Shown here: in pieces, positions 45,087 through 53,786 of the stretch
How the letters are laid out: each line of letters begins with the position of its first letter
Position numbering within the stretch: position 1 is the first letter of the stretch
NCBI GenBank assembly: GCA_963705365.1
Contig: OY970074.1
Span: forward strand, 866,064-930,063
Length of the DNA stretch: 64,000 nt
Direction: 5' to 3'
Origin: an uncultured Solirubrobacterales bacterium
Lineage (GTDB): Bacteria; Actinomycetota; Thermoleophilia; Solirubrobacterales; 70-9
Notes under the pieces: model-generated
What the model saw: only the letters and a program-made list of their open reading frames with translations
Told to the model about the DNA's origin: nothing
The model's database searches: none
Made by a program: the position numbers and the translations under genes

Positions 45087-45207
45087 GGAAGGGGCGGGGC
45101 ACCCCTTTCTCGGAGCACCTCGTCGGGAGTGTCGCCTTCGGCTGCCGCCCGGAGGCTGCCGGCCCTCCTCATGCTGAGTACCGAGGAAGGGGTGCCCCGC
45201 CCCTTCC
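45087..45207 (+). repeat. family-2 nested-hairpin element, copy D (AGCACCTC ... CATGCTGAGTA core)
   Basis: The perfect 21-bp outer stem pairs 45087-45107 with 45187-45207. Confidence 0.88.
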
Positions 45208-45290
45208 CCGACACGCCTTCGCGGAACGGCTGGACTAACGGCGCTATTGAAAGCTGCCGCACCGCGCAGCGTCTGCTGGAGCTCGGTTGT

Positions 45291-45417
45291 GGGGAGGGTG
45301 CCGGTGGGGGTCTCCCGGTACTCAGCATGGAGCCGAGCCACTGTGGACCGGGGCGTCAGCCAATTGCCGCTTCTCTCGGCGGAGGTGCTCCGGGAGACCC
45401 TCACCGGCACCCTCCCC
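45291..45417 (-). repeat. family-2 nested-hairpin element, copy E (inverted relative to D)
   Basis: The 28-bp outer stem, with one mismatch, pairs 45291-45318 with 45390-45417. The core carries tactcagcatg and ggaggtgct, the reverse complements of the copy D motifs. Confidence 0.88.
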
Positions 45418-45446
45418 ACATAGGCGCACCTATCTAGACTCGCCGC

Positions 45447-48005
45447 GTGGACGCGGCACGCCGACAGAAGCTGGAGAACACCACTCGCTACGACCCCGCC
45501 GAGGTCGAGAGCCGCATCTTTGCCGAGTGGATCGAAGGCGGCTACTTCCACCCCGAGGCGGAGGGCTCGCCGGAGGAGAACTTCTCGGTCGCGATCCCGC
45601 CCCCGAACGTGACCGGGGCGCTGCACATGGGGCATGCGCTGAACGGCTCGATGCAGGACGCGCTGGTGCGGATGAACCGCATGCGCGGGAGAAAGGCGCT
45701 CTGGGTCCTCGGCACCGACCACGCCGGGATCGCGACCCAGTCGGTGGTCGAGAAAGGGCTGCGGGCGGAAGGAAAGAGCCGCCAGGAGCTCGGCCGCGAG
45801 GAGTTCGTCAAGCGGGTCTGGGAGTGGAAAGAGGAGTACGGCTCGCGGATCGTCGAGCAGTACAAGCGGCTCGGCGCCTCCTGCGACTACGAACGCGAGC
45901 GCTTCACCCTCGACGAGGGCTACGTCAAGGCCGTCTACCGCGTCTTCAAGCAGCTCTACGACAAGGGCTACATCTACCGCGACCACTACATGGTCAACTG
46001 GGATCCCGGCTCGCACTCGGCGATCTCCGACCTCGAGGTCGAGAACCGCGAGGTCGAGGACAGGCTCTACTCGATCGACTATCCCGTCGAGGACTCCGAC
46101 CGCGTGCTGACGGTGGCGACGGTGCGGCCGGAGACGATGCTGGGGGACACCGCGCTCGCGGTCAACCCGGACGACGAGCGCTACGGCGACCTGGTCGGCC
46201 AGTTCTGCGTCTTGCCCCTGGTCGGCCGGCGGCTACCGATCATCGCCGACGAGCACGTCGATCCGGAGTTCGGCACCGGGGCGCTGAAGATCACCCCCGG
46301 CCACGACCCCAACGACTTCGAGATCGGCCGCAAGCACGGGCTCGATGAGCTGGTCGTGATCGGTCCCGACGGTCGCCTGACCGCGGAGGCGGGGGAGAGG
46401 TTCGCCGGGCTCAGGGCTGCCGAGGCGCAGGAGGCGGTCGTGATGGCGCTGCGCGAGGAAGGTCGACTGCGCGCCGAGGAGCCCTACACCCACTCGGTCC
46501 CGTTCTCGCACCGCTCCGGTGAGCGGATCGAGCCGCTGATCTCCCTGCAGTGGTTCTGCCGCATGGACGAGCTGGCGGCGCCGGCGATCGCGGTGGTCGA
46601 ACGCGACGAGGTGAGGATCGCGCCGGCGCAGTGGAAGCGGGTCTACCTCGACTGGATGCGGGAGATCAGGCCCTGGTGCATCTCGCGCCAGCTCTGGTGG
46701 GGGCACCGGATCCCGGTCTGGTACTGCGACCCGTGCGAGGAAACGATCGTCGCCGAGCAGCGCCCCGAGCGCTGCGGCGCCTGCGGCGGCGAGCTGCGCC
46801 AGGAGGAGGACGTACTCGACACCTGGTTCAGCTCGGCGATCTGGCCCTTCGCGACGCTTGGCTGGCCCGACGACACCCCGGAGCTGCGCGCCTTCTACCC
46901 GACCAGCTTCCTCACCACCGCCCGCGAGATTCTCTTCCTCTGGGTGGCGCGGATGGTGATGATGGGAATCGAGTTTCCCGGGGCCGTGCCGTTCCGCGAC
47001 ATCTACGTGCACTCGGTGATCCAGGCTCGCGACGGGCGGCGGATGTCGAAGAGCCTCGGCACCGGGATCGACCCGCTGGAGGAAATCGACGTGCACGGCG
47101 CCGACGCCCTGCGCTTCGGCCTGCTGGCAATGTCCTCGACCCAGGACGTGCGCTTCTCCGACGCCAAGGTCGAGCAGGGCAGGGACCTGGCGAACAAGCT
47201 CTGGAACGCGAGCCGGCTGATCCTCCTGAACGCGGCCGAGGTCGAGCCGGCGCCGCGCGCGCTCCACGTCGAGGACCGTTGGATCCTCTCGCGGCTGGAG
47301 CGGACGATCGCCTCGGTGACTGCGAAGCTCGAGTCTTACGACTTCGCCCACGCCGTCCAGGAGATCTACTCGTTCTTCTGGCGCGACCTCTGCGACTGGT
47401 ACCTGGAGATCGTCAAGCCGCGCCTCTACGACGGCGAGGCGGAGGTCTCCGCGACCCTGCTCTGGGCGCTCGAACGGGTACTGGCGCTGCTGCACCCGAC
47501 GATGCCGTTCGTCAGCGAGGAGATCTGGTCCTTCCATCCGGCCTGCCGCGGTCATCTCGCCGTGCACCCGTTCCCCGCCGCGGACAAGTCGCTCTACGAC
47601 GACGCCGCCGAAGCGGACGTCGAGGGCGGGATCGGGCTGACCCAGCGCCTGCGAGCCTGGCGCGACCTGGTCGACGTCCCCGCCGCCAGCGTGCTTACGG
47701 CGAGGATCGAGGGCGTCGACCCGCCCGGGTTCGTCGGCCGACTGGCTCGCTTCGAGTTCTCCGCCGACGGCGGCGACCCGGTCGCCTCGATCGGCCCCGT
47801 GCGCGTGCTGCCGTCCGAGCAGCTCGACGCGGCGGCGGTCGCGGAGCGGCTGGACAGGCGGCGCGAGGAGCTGCGCTCCGAGGTCGAGCGCGCCGAGCGC
47901 AAACTCGGCAACGACCGCTTCGTCGCCAAGGCGCCGGCGGAGGTGGTCGAGGAGGAGCGCGACAAGCTCGAGCGCTACCGCGCCGAACTCGCCGAGCTGG
48001 CCTGA
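45447..48005 (+). CDS. valS: valine--tRNA ligase
   Basis: 852 aa with HIGH region PPPNVTGALHMGHAL and KMSKS region RMSKSLG, plus a C-terminal coiled coil. Confidence 0.95.
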   Translation: MDAARRQKLENTTRYDPAEVESRIFAEWIEGGYFHPEAEGSPEENFSVAIPPPNVTGALHMGHALNGSMQDALVRMNRMRGRKALWVLGTDHAGIATQSVVEKGLRAEGKSRQELGREEFVKRVWEWKEEYGSRIVEQYKRLGASCDYERERFTLDEGYVKAVYRVFKQLYDKGYIYRDHYMVNWDPGSHSAISDLEVENREVEDRLYSIDYPVEDSDRVLTVATVRPETMLGDTALAVNPDDERYGDLVGQFCVLPLVGRRLPIIADEHVDPEFGTGALKITPGHDPNDFEIGRKHGLDELVVIGPDGRLTAEAGERFAGLRAAEAQEAVVMALREEGRLRAEEPYTHSVPFSHRSGERIEPLISLQWFCRMDELAAPAIAVVERDEVRIAPAQWKRVYLDWMREIRPWCISRQLWWGHRIPVWYCDPCEETIVAEQRPERCGACGGELRQEEDVLDTWFSSAIWPFATLGWPDDTPELRAFYPTSFLTTAREILFLWVARMVMMGIEFPGAVPFRDIYVHSVIQARDGRRMSKSLGTGIDPLEEIDVHGADALRFGLLAMSSTQDVRFSDAKVEQGRDLANKLWNASRLILLNAAEVEPAPRALHVEDRWILSRLERTIASVTAKLESYDFAHAVQEIYSFFWRDLCDWYLEIVKPRLYDGEAEVSATLLWALERVLALLHPTMPFVSEEIWSFHPACRGHLAVHPFPAADKSLYDDAAEADVEGGIGLTQRLRAWRDLVDVPAASVLTARIEGVDPPGFVGRLARFEFSADGGDPVASIGPVRVLPSEQLDAAAVAERLDRRREELRSEVERAERKLGNDRFVAKAPAEVVEEERDKLERYRAELAELA

Positions 48006-48006
48006 C

Positions 48007-49308
48007 GTGCCAGACGGCGCCGACGCAAAGCGGAGCAGCCGTCGCTTGGCCTGGGATCCGGACGCCTATCTCGAGTCGCTCGAGCCGATCGGCTGGCGGC
48101 TCGGCCTCGAGCGGATGCACAAGCTGACGACCGCGCTCGGCCTGCCCCAGCACAGATTCGCCTCGATCCACGTCGTCGGCACCAACGGCAAGTCCTCGGT
48201 GGCGCGGATGACCGCGGCGCTGCTGGAGGCACACGGCGTCGGCTCCGGCGCCTGCCTCTCGCCGCACACCGCCCGCTGGACCGAGCGCACGCTGATCCAC
48301 GGCGAGGAGATCGGAGCGGGGGAGTGGGCTGACGCCGTAGCGCGCGTCGCCAGCGCTGCCGAGGGGGTGAACCGCACTCTGGCCGCGGGCGAAGCGGTGA
48401 CCGAGTTCGAGGCGGCGACGGCGGCGACGTTTGTCGCCCTGGCCTCGGCGCAGGTCGAGGCGGCGGCGGTTGAGGCCGGCCTCGGCGGTCGCCTCGACGC
48501 GACCAACACGATCCCCTCGCGGGTCACGGTCCTGACCTCGATCGGGCTCGACCACACCGAGTGGTTGGGTGAGACCGAGCTCGAGATCGCGGCCGAGAAG
48601 CTGGCGGTGCTGCGCGACCAGACGACCTTGGTCCTGGGCCGCGTCTCGCCCGGGGTCGAGGCGCTGGCCGAGCGCATCGCCGCGGAGCGGGGCGCGCGTC
48701 TGCTGCGTGCTCCCGAGGAGCCGGGACCGGAGCTGCGACTGCGGGCGCCGGGGGCATTCCAGCGGCGCAACTTTGCCCTGGCGATGACCGCGGCCGAGGC
48801 CTTCCTCGGCGCGCTCGACCCGGAGCGGGTGGTCCGCGTTGCAGCGAGTGTGCCGGTGCCGGGCCGCCTCGAGCGGATCGCCGAGGACCCGCCGACCTTC
48901 GTCGACGCCGCCCACAATCCCGACGGCGCCGCCGCCCTGGCCGAGGCGCTGCCGGGGGTTGCCGCTGGGCGCCGCGTGGTCGCCTGCCTGGCCATCCTCG
49001 CCGATAAGGACGCCGCCGCGATGGTTCAAGCCCTGGCCCCCGCTCTCGACCGCGCCGTCTGCACCGAGCTCCCCGCCGACGGGCCGAAAACGGGACGCAT
49101 GGTCGCGAAATCGGCCCATCGGCCGTCGGTTCCCGCGGAAGAGCTGGCGCGGCTCTGCCAGGAGGCTGGGCTGCCGGCGGAGGCGGAGCCGAGCTTTGAG
49201 GCCGCTCTCGGTCATGCGAGGGCCCTGGCGGAGCAACCCAACGGGGCGGTCCTCCTCGCCGGCTCCCACTACGCGATCGCCCCGGCTCGGGCTCTGCTCC
49301 GCGTCTGA
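48007..49308 (+). CDS. folC: bifunctional folylpolyglutamate synthase / dihydrofolate synthase
   Basis: 433 aa with P-loop VVGTNGKSS and a Mur-ligase-like fold. Confidence 0.9.
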   Translation: MPDGADAKRSSRRLAWDPDAYLESLEPIGWRLGLERMHKLTTALGLPQHRFASIHVVGTNGKSSVARMTAALLEAHGVGSGACLSPHTARWTERTLIHGEEIGAGEWADAVARVASAAEGVNRTLAAGEAVTEFEAATAATFVALASAQVEAAAVEAGLGGRLDATNTIPSRVTVLTSIGLDHTEWLGETELEIAAEKLAVLRDQTTLVLGRVSPGVEALAERIAAERGARLLRAPEEPGPELRLRAPGAFQRRNFALAMTAAEAFLGALDPERVVRVAASVPVPGRLERIAEDPPTFVDAAHNPDGAAALAEALPGVAAGRRVVACLAILADKDAAAMVQALAPALDRAVCTELPADGPKTGRMVAKSAHRPSVPAEELARLCQEAGLPAEAEPSFEAALGHARALAEQPNGAVLLAGSHYAIAPARALLRV

Positions 49309-49376
49309 CCATCGCCGCGTATGTACTTTGTCGCCCAGAGGGCGACCAGAGGCGAACGCTGTGCGAGGATTCGCGC

Positions 49377-49499
49377 ATGAGCAACCGCAGCGCCGGCTCC
49401 GAACTTCTCTCGATGATGGGCCTGGTTGCCGCCGTGGTGGCGATCGTGATCCTGGTCTTCTTTGGAGTCGGCTACCTGTTCGGCCGGCTCTTCCTCTAG
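49377..49499 (+). CDS. possible small single-pass membrane protein (40 aa)
   Basis: ATG 49377 gives MSNRSAGSELLSMMGLVAAVVAIVILVFFGVGYLFGRLFL. It is below the track cutoff and rests on ORF evidence only. Confidence 0.3.
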   Translation: MSNRSAGSELLSMMGLVAAVVAIVILVFFGVGYLFGRLFL

Positions 49500-49586
49500 C
49501 GGTCGCGAGCGCCCAGTGAAGGACGACAGGGTTTGCGGCTCACGTGGCGAAGTAGACTGCCCGCTCCCTCCACCGGGCGCCCACCC

Positions 49587-50210
49587 ATGTCACTAGCGAT
49601 CTTCGGCATCACCAACGACGGCCTCAACCTGGTCGCGACCCTATTCCTCCTGATGCTGGTCGTTCTGTGGCTGGCGCTGATCGTCTACACCTACCTCGAC
49701 GCGCGCCGCCGCATCTCCGATCCCTTCCTGGTCGCCTGCGCCACCGTCGCCTCCTTCTTTCCCTACATCGGCACCGCCGTCTACGCGATCGTGCGGCCGC
49801 CGGAGTTTCTCGAGGACGCGCACGAGCGCGAGCTGGAGATCAAAGCGGCGGAGCTGCGGGTCCGGCAGCTGAGAGAGCCGACCTGTCCCAACTGCGAGTA
49901 CCCGGTCGAGAAGAACTTCCTCCGCTGCCCCAACTGCCAGCGCCGCCTCAAGGACCCCTGCCCGACCTGCAGCAAGCCGGTCGATCCGCGCTGGGGCCTC
50001 TGCCCCTACTGCGAGACCACGCTGGCCGGGGGAGAGCGCAGCCGCCGCCCTCAGAAACAGGCTCGTCGCAAAAAAACGGTGGGCGCGGACGATCCCGCTG
50101 AGGTCGAGAGCAAAGCGCCGCCGCGCCGCGCCCCACGGGAGGCGCCGGACCCCAAATCAGAACAAAGGAGCCCCAGCCGTGAGCCGGACCCTGATCCTCG
50201 TCAAGCCTGA
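49587..50210 (+). CDS. membrane protein with PLDc_N-like N-terminal helices and double zinc-ribbon
   Basis: ATG 49587 ([12 protein letters not shown]) lies within track ORF 49533..50210. The zinc-ribbon motifs are [28 protein letters not shown]. Its 3' end overlaps ndk by 32 nt. Confidence 0.65.
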   Translation: MSLAIFGITNDGLNLVATLFLLMLVVLWLALIVYTYLDARRRISDPFLVACATVASFFPYIGTAVYAIVRPPEFLEDAHERELEIKAAELRVRQLREPTCPNCEYPVEKNFLRCPNCQRRLKDPCPTCSKPVDPRWGLCPYCETTLAGGERSRRPQKQARRKKTVGADDPAEVESKAPPRRAPREAPDPKSEQRSPSREPDPDPRQA

Positions 50211-50586
50211 CGCCTTCGAACGCGCCCTCACTGGCGAGGTAATTGCCCGCTTCGAGCGCAAGGGGCTTCGCATCGCCGCCCTCAAGTCGATGCGCGCCGA
50301 CGAGTCGATCGCCAACGCTCACTATGCGGAGCACGCCGAGAAGCCGTTCTTCGGCGAGCTCGTCTCCTTCATCACCGGCGGCACGCTGGTGGCGATGGTG
50401 CTCGAGGGCTCCGAAGCGGTGCCGGCGGCCCGCCAGCTGATCGGGGCGACCAACCCGGTCGAGGCGGCGCCCGGTTCAATCCGCGGGGACTTTGCGCTGG
50501 AGGTCACCTTCAACATGGTGCATGGGTCCGACTCGGATGAGTCGGCTGAGCGCGAGATTGGGATCTGGTTTCCCGAGCTGGCGTAG
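50179..50586 (+). CDS. ndk: nucleoside-diphosphate kinase
   Basis: 135 aa. LILVKPDAF; the active-site His is in NMVHGSDS. Confidence 0.93.
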   Translation: MSRTLILVKPDAFERALTGEVIARFERKGLRIAALKSMRADESIANAHYAEHAEKPFFGELVSFITGGTLVAMVLEGSEAVPAARQLIGATNPVEAAPGSIRGDFALEVTFNMVHGSDSDESAEREIGIWFPELA

Positions 50587-50702
50587 TGGCGGGGATCCGG
50601 GTAGGGGCTGCACTTAACTTTTTCGTGGGGCGCCGGCGGCCGTTCGAGATTCGCGGCGGCGAAAAAGTACAAGGCGTTCCGCCCCTACCCGGATCCCCGC
50701 CA
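50587..50702 (+). repeat. family-3 nested-hairpin element, copy F (TTTTCG ... CGAAAA core)
   Basis: The perfect 22-bp outer stem pairs 50587-50608 with 50681-50702. It spans the whole ndk-maf spacer and ends on the A of the maf ATG. Confidence 0.88.
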
Positions 50703-51289
50703 TGAGCGGAGCACGGGAATCCAGCTTGATCTCGAAGCGGGTGGTTCTGGCGTCCGGGTCGCCTCAGCGGAGGGAGATCCTCTCCAAGCTCGGCATCGAG
50801 TTCGAGGTTTTGGTGCCTGGCGTGGAGGAGCTCACCGGGGGAGACCCGGAGGTTGAGGTGGTGGAGAACGCTCGGTTGAAGGCTCGGGCGGTTGCGGCGG
50901 GCGCGGATGATTTGGTCATCGGCTGCGATACCGATGTCGTGCTCGATGGGAAGGCGTTGGGGAAGCCGGCGGATGAGGTGGAGGCGCGCCGGTATCTCGA
51001 TCGGATGGCGGGGCGGGCGCATACCGTGATGAGCGGGCTCGTCGTCCGCGAGGGTGGGGAGGAGCGAAGCGGGCTGGAACGGACCTCGGTGGTCTTCAAG
51101 GAGCTCTCGGAGGCCGAGAAGGAGCGGTACGTGGGGTTCGGGGAGTGGCGGGGGCGGTCGGGGGGGTATGCGATCCAGACCCTGGGCTCGACGCTGGTGG
51201 AGCGGGTCGAGGGGAGCGTCTCGAACGTGGTCGGGCTGCCGGTGGGGTTGCTGCTGGAGCTCGCCCCTCGCCTGTTCACACCTGCCTGA
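50702..51289 (+). CDS. maf: Maf family nucleotide pyrophosphatase
   Basis: 195 aa with [14 protein letters not shown] and GAYGIQ-like GGYAIQ. Confidence 0.88.
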   Translation: MSGARESSLISKRVVLASGSPQRREILSKLGIEFEVLVPGVEELTGGDPEVEVVENARLKARAVAAGADDLVIGCDTDVVLDGKALGKPADEVEARRYLDRMAGRAHTVMSGLVVREGGEERSGLERTSVVFKELSEAEKERYVGFGEWRGRSGGYAIQTLGSTLVERVEGSVSNVVGLPVGLLLELAPRLFTPA

Positions 51290-51344
51290 GCGAGGGCTCC
51301 GGTCGATTTGCGTCGTTTGGGATGATTGCGCTGGAAATCGCGCT

Positions 51345-52379
51345 ATGGGCCTCTTCAGCTACCTGAAACGACTCGGTGGCCGCGATATGGCCGTCGACCT
51401 CGGAACCGCGAATACGCTCGTCTACGTCCACGGGCGCGGAATCGTGCTTTCAGAGCCCTCGGTCGTCGCGATTGACTCGCGTAACGGCCAGGTTCACGCG
51501 GTCGGCGCCGAAGCGAAGCGGATGCTCGGGCGCACGCCGGGGACGATCGCCGCAACCCGGCCGCTCAAGGACGGGGTGATCGCCGACTTCGAGGTTGCCG
51601 AGCAGATGCTGCGCCACTTCATCAGGTCGGCTCGTTCCAACCGCTTCTCCCACCCGCGGGTGATCGTCTGCGTCCCTTCCGGCGTGACCGGGGTCGAGAA
51701 GCGCGCGGTCGAGGAGGCCTGTCTCGCGGCCGGTGCGCGCGAGGCCTACCTGATCGAGGAGCCGATGGCAGCGGCGATCGGCGCCGGGCTGCCGGTTGCC
51801 GAGCCGACCGGCTCGATGATCGTCGACGTCGGCGGCGGCACCACTGAGGTGGCGGTGATCTCGCTCGGCGGCATCGTCGTCTCGCAGTCGATCCGGATCG
51901 GCGGCGACGAGCTCGACGACGCGATCGTCAACCATTGCAAGCGGGTCTACAAGCTGGCGATCGGGATGCAGACGGCGGAGGAGGTGAAGCTGGAGGCCGG
52001 GTCGGCCTCGAAGCTGGCGGAAGAGGTGGAGACCGAGATCCGCGGTCGCGACCTCGTCTCCGGGCTGCCGAAAACCGTCACGCTCGGCTCCGAGGAGGTC
52101 CGCGAAGCCCTCGACGAGACGGTCGGCCACATCGTCGACGCCGTCAAGGAGACGCTCGACCGCACCCCGCCCGAGCTGGCAGGTGACATCATGGACCGCG
52201 GCATCACTCTCGCCGGCGGCGGTGCGCTCTTGCAAGGACTGGAGCAGCGCCTGCGCGACGAGTGCCAGATGCCCTGTCAACTGGCAGAGTCGCCGTTGAC
52301 TTGCGTGGCGGTCGGCTCGGGCATCTCGCTCGAGGAGTTCGAGGCGATCCACCGTGCCGGAAAAAAGCAACGAATCTAG
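51345..52379 (+). CDS. mreB: rod shape-determining protein MreB
   Basis: ATG 51345 ([27 protein letters not shown]) lies within track ORF 51054..52379. Confidence 0.93.
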   Translation: MGLFSYLKRLGGRDMAVDLGTANTLVYVHGRGIVLSEPSVVAIDSRNGQVHAVGAEAKRMLGRTPGTIAATRPLKDGVIADFEVAEQMLRHFIRSARSNRFSHPRVIVCVPSGVTGVEKRAVEEACLAAGAREAYLIEEPMAAAIGAGLPVAEPTGSMIVDVGGGTTEVAVISLGGIVVSQSIRIGGDELDDAIVNHCKRVYKLAIGMQTAEEVKLEAGSASKLAEEVETEIRGRDLVSGLPKTVTLGSEEVREALDETVGHIVDAVKETLDRTPPELAGDIMDRGITLAGGGALLQGLEQRLRDECQMPCQLAESPLTCVAVGSGISLEEFEAIHRAGKKQRI

Positions 52380-52388
52380 GTCTCCCAC

Positions 52389-53237
52389 GTGTACCGAAAG
52401 CAAGTACGCCGTCGAAGGGCGGTGCTCGCGCTGTTGATCGTCGGCTCCTTCGTGCTGCTGACGGCGACCTATGGGTCGGGGTCCAACGGCGTCCAGCGCG
52501 GCGTCAGCGCCATCTTCAGCCCTCTCCAGTCGGTTGCCGACGGGGCCCTGAAGCCCGCCCGCGACCTCGTCAACTGGTTCGACCAGACCTTCGACGCCCG
52601 CGGTCGCAACAGCCGCCTGCAGGACGAACTGCGCTCGGCGCGCGAGCAGGCGGTGGGGGCCGATGCCGCACTGGCCGAAAACGCCGAGCTGCGGAAGCTG
52701 CTTGCGCTCGATCGCAGCGGCGCGATCCCCTCCGGCTACGAACCGGTCGCGGGACGGGTGATCGCCCGCTCGCCGACCGTCTGGTTCTCCGAGGTGACGA
52801 TCGACGTCGGCAGCGACGACGGGGCCGAGGTCAACGACCCGGTCGTCAGCGGCGACGGGCTTGTCGGGACCGTTGCGGCGGTGACCGGCAGCACCTCGCA
52901 GGTGACCCTGATCGCCGACCACTCCAGCGCCGTCTCCGCCAAGGTCGTTCCGGTCGCGGTGCAGGGCGTGATCAGGCCGGAGGTGGGGGACCCAGGCACT
53001 CTGATCCTCGATTTCATCGATTCGACTAAACGCGTGCACAAGGGGCAGGTGGTGGTGACGGCGGGCTGGCGCTCGCAGGAGATCGAGTCGCGCTTCCCGC
53101 CGAACCTCCCGATCGGCGAAGTGGTGCAGGCCCCGATCCGCGAACAGGAGGCGAGCCAGCAGGTGAACGTGCGTCCCTATGCCGACCTGCGCAACCTCGA
53201 CCTGGTCCAGATCCTCACCGGGGGCTCGCGCGGGTGA
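52389..53237 (+). CDS. mreC: rod shape-determining protein MreC
   Basis: 282 aa with an N-terminal TM segment and coiled coil. Its position after mreB supports the call. Also VVTAGW...FPPNLPIG. Confidence 0.85.
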   Translation: MYRKQVRRRRAVLALLIVGSFVLLTATYGSGSNGVQRGVSAIFSPLQSVADGALKPARDLVNWFDQTFDARGRNSRLQDELRSAREQAVGADAALAENAELRKLLALDRSGAIPSGYEPVAGRVIARSPTVWFSEVTIDVGSDDGAEVNDPVVSGDGLVGTVAAVTGSTSQVTLIADHSSAVSAKVVPVAVQGVIRPEVGDPGTLILDFIDSTKRVHKGQVVVTAGWRSQEIESRFPPNLPIGEVVQAPIREQEASQQVNVRPYADLRNLDLVQILTGGSRG

Positions 53238-53782
53238 TCCTGACGCCGAACATCCTTGCCCGTCTGGTCGCGATCGTGCTGCTCGGCGTGCTCCTGCAGC
53301 TCTCCTTCTTCTCCCAGGTGGCGATCTTCCATGTCAGCCCCGACCTGCTGCCCGCTCTGGTCATCTCGCTGGGCCTGCTGGGGGGGACGATGACCGGCGC
53401 TGTTACCGGGTTCTCGGTCGGCTTCCTGCTCAACTGCCTGTTGGTCCAGCCGCTCGGCGGCGGCTCCCTGGTCCTGCTCGCAACCGGCTACCTGGCCGGG
53501 CTGTTCCGCGAGCGGATCGAGGTCCACAGCCCGCTGGCGCCGCCGCTGCTCTGTATGGGTCTGACGGTCTTCGCCGAGCTGGGATTCGGCGCGGTCGAGC
53601 TGATGCTCGGCGCCGACGCGACCGTCAGCAGTCTCGTCGTGCGCGACATCCTGCTCAAGGGCGCCTTCGCCTTCCTGCTCGGCTGGCCGCTCTACCTGGG
53701 CCTGCGGCGGGCGCTGCGCCCGGCCCTCGTCGACGAGCGACCGCTGCGCCGCCCGCGACCGCCGACCGTGCTGGGAGCCTAG
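53234..53782 (+). CDS. mreD: rod shape-determining protein MreD
   Basis: 182 aa, polytopic membrane protein. It overlaps the mreC stop and sits in the conserved position. Confidence 0.75.
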   Translation: MILTPNILARLVAIVLLGVLLQLSFFSQVAIFHVSPDLLPALVISLGLLGGTMTGAVTGFSVGFLLNCLLVQPLGGGSLVLLATGYLAGLFRERIEVHSPLAPPLLCMGLTVFAELGFGAVELMLGADATVSSLVVRDILLKGAFAFLLGWPLYLGLRRALRPALVDERPLRRPRPPTVLGA

Positions 53783-53786
53783 GCCC

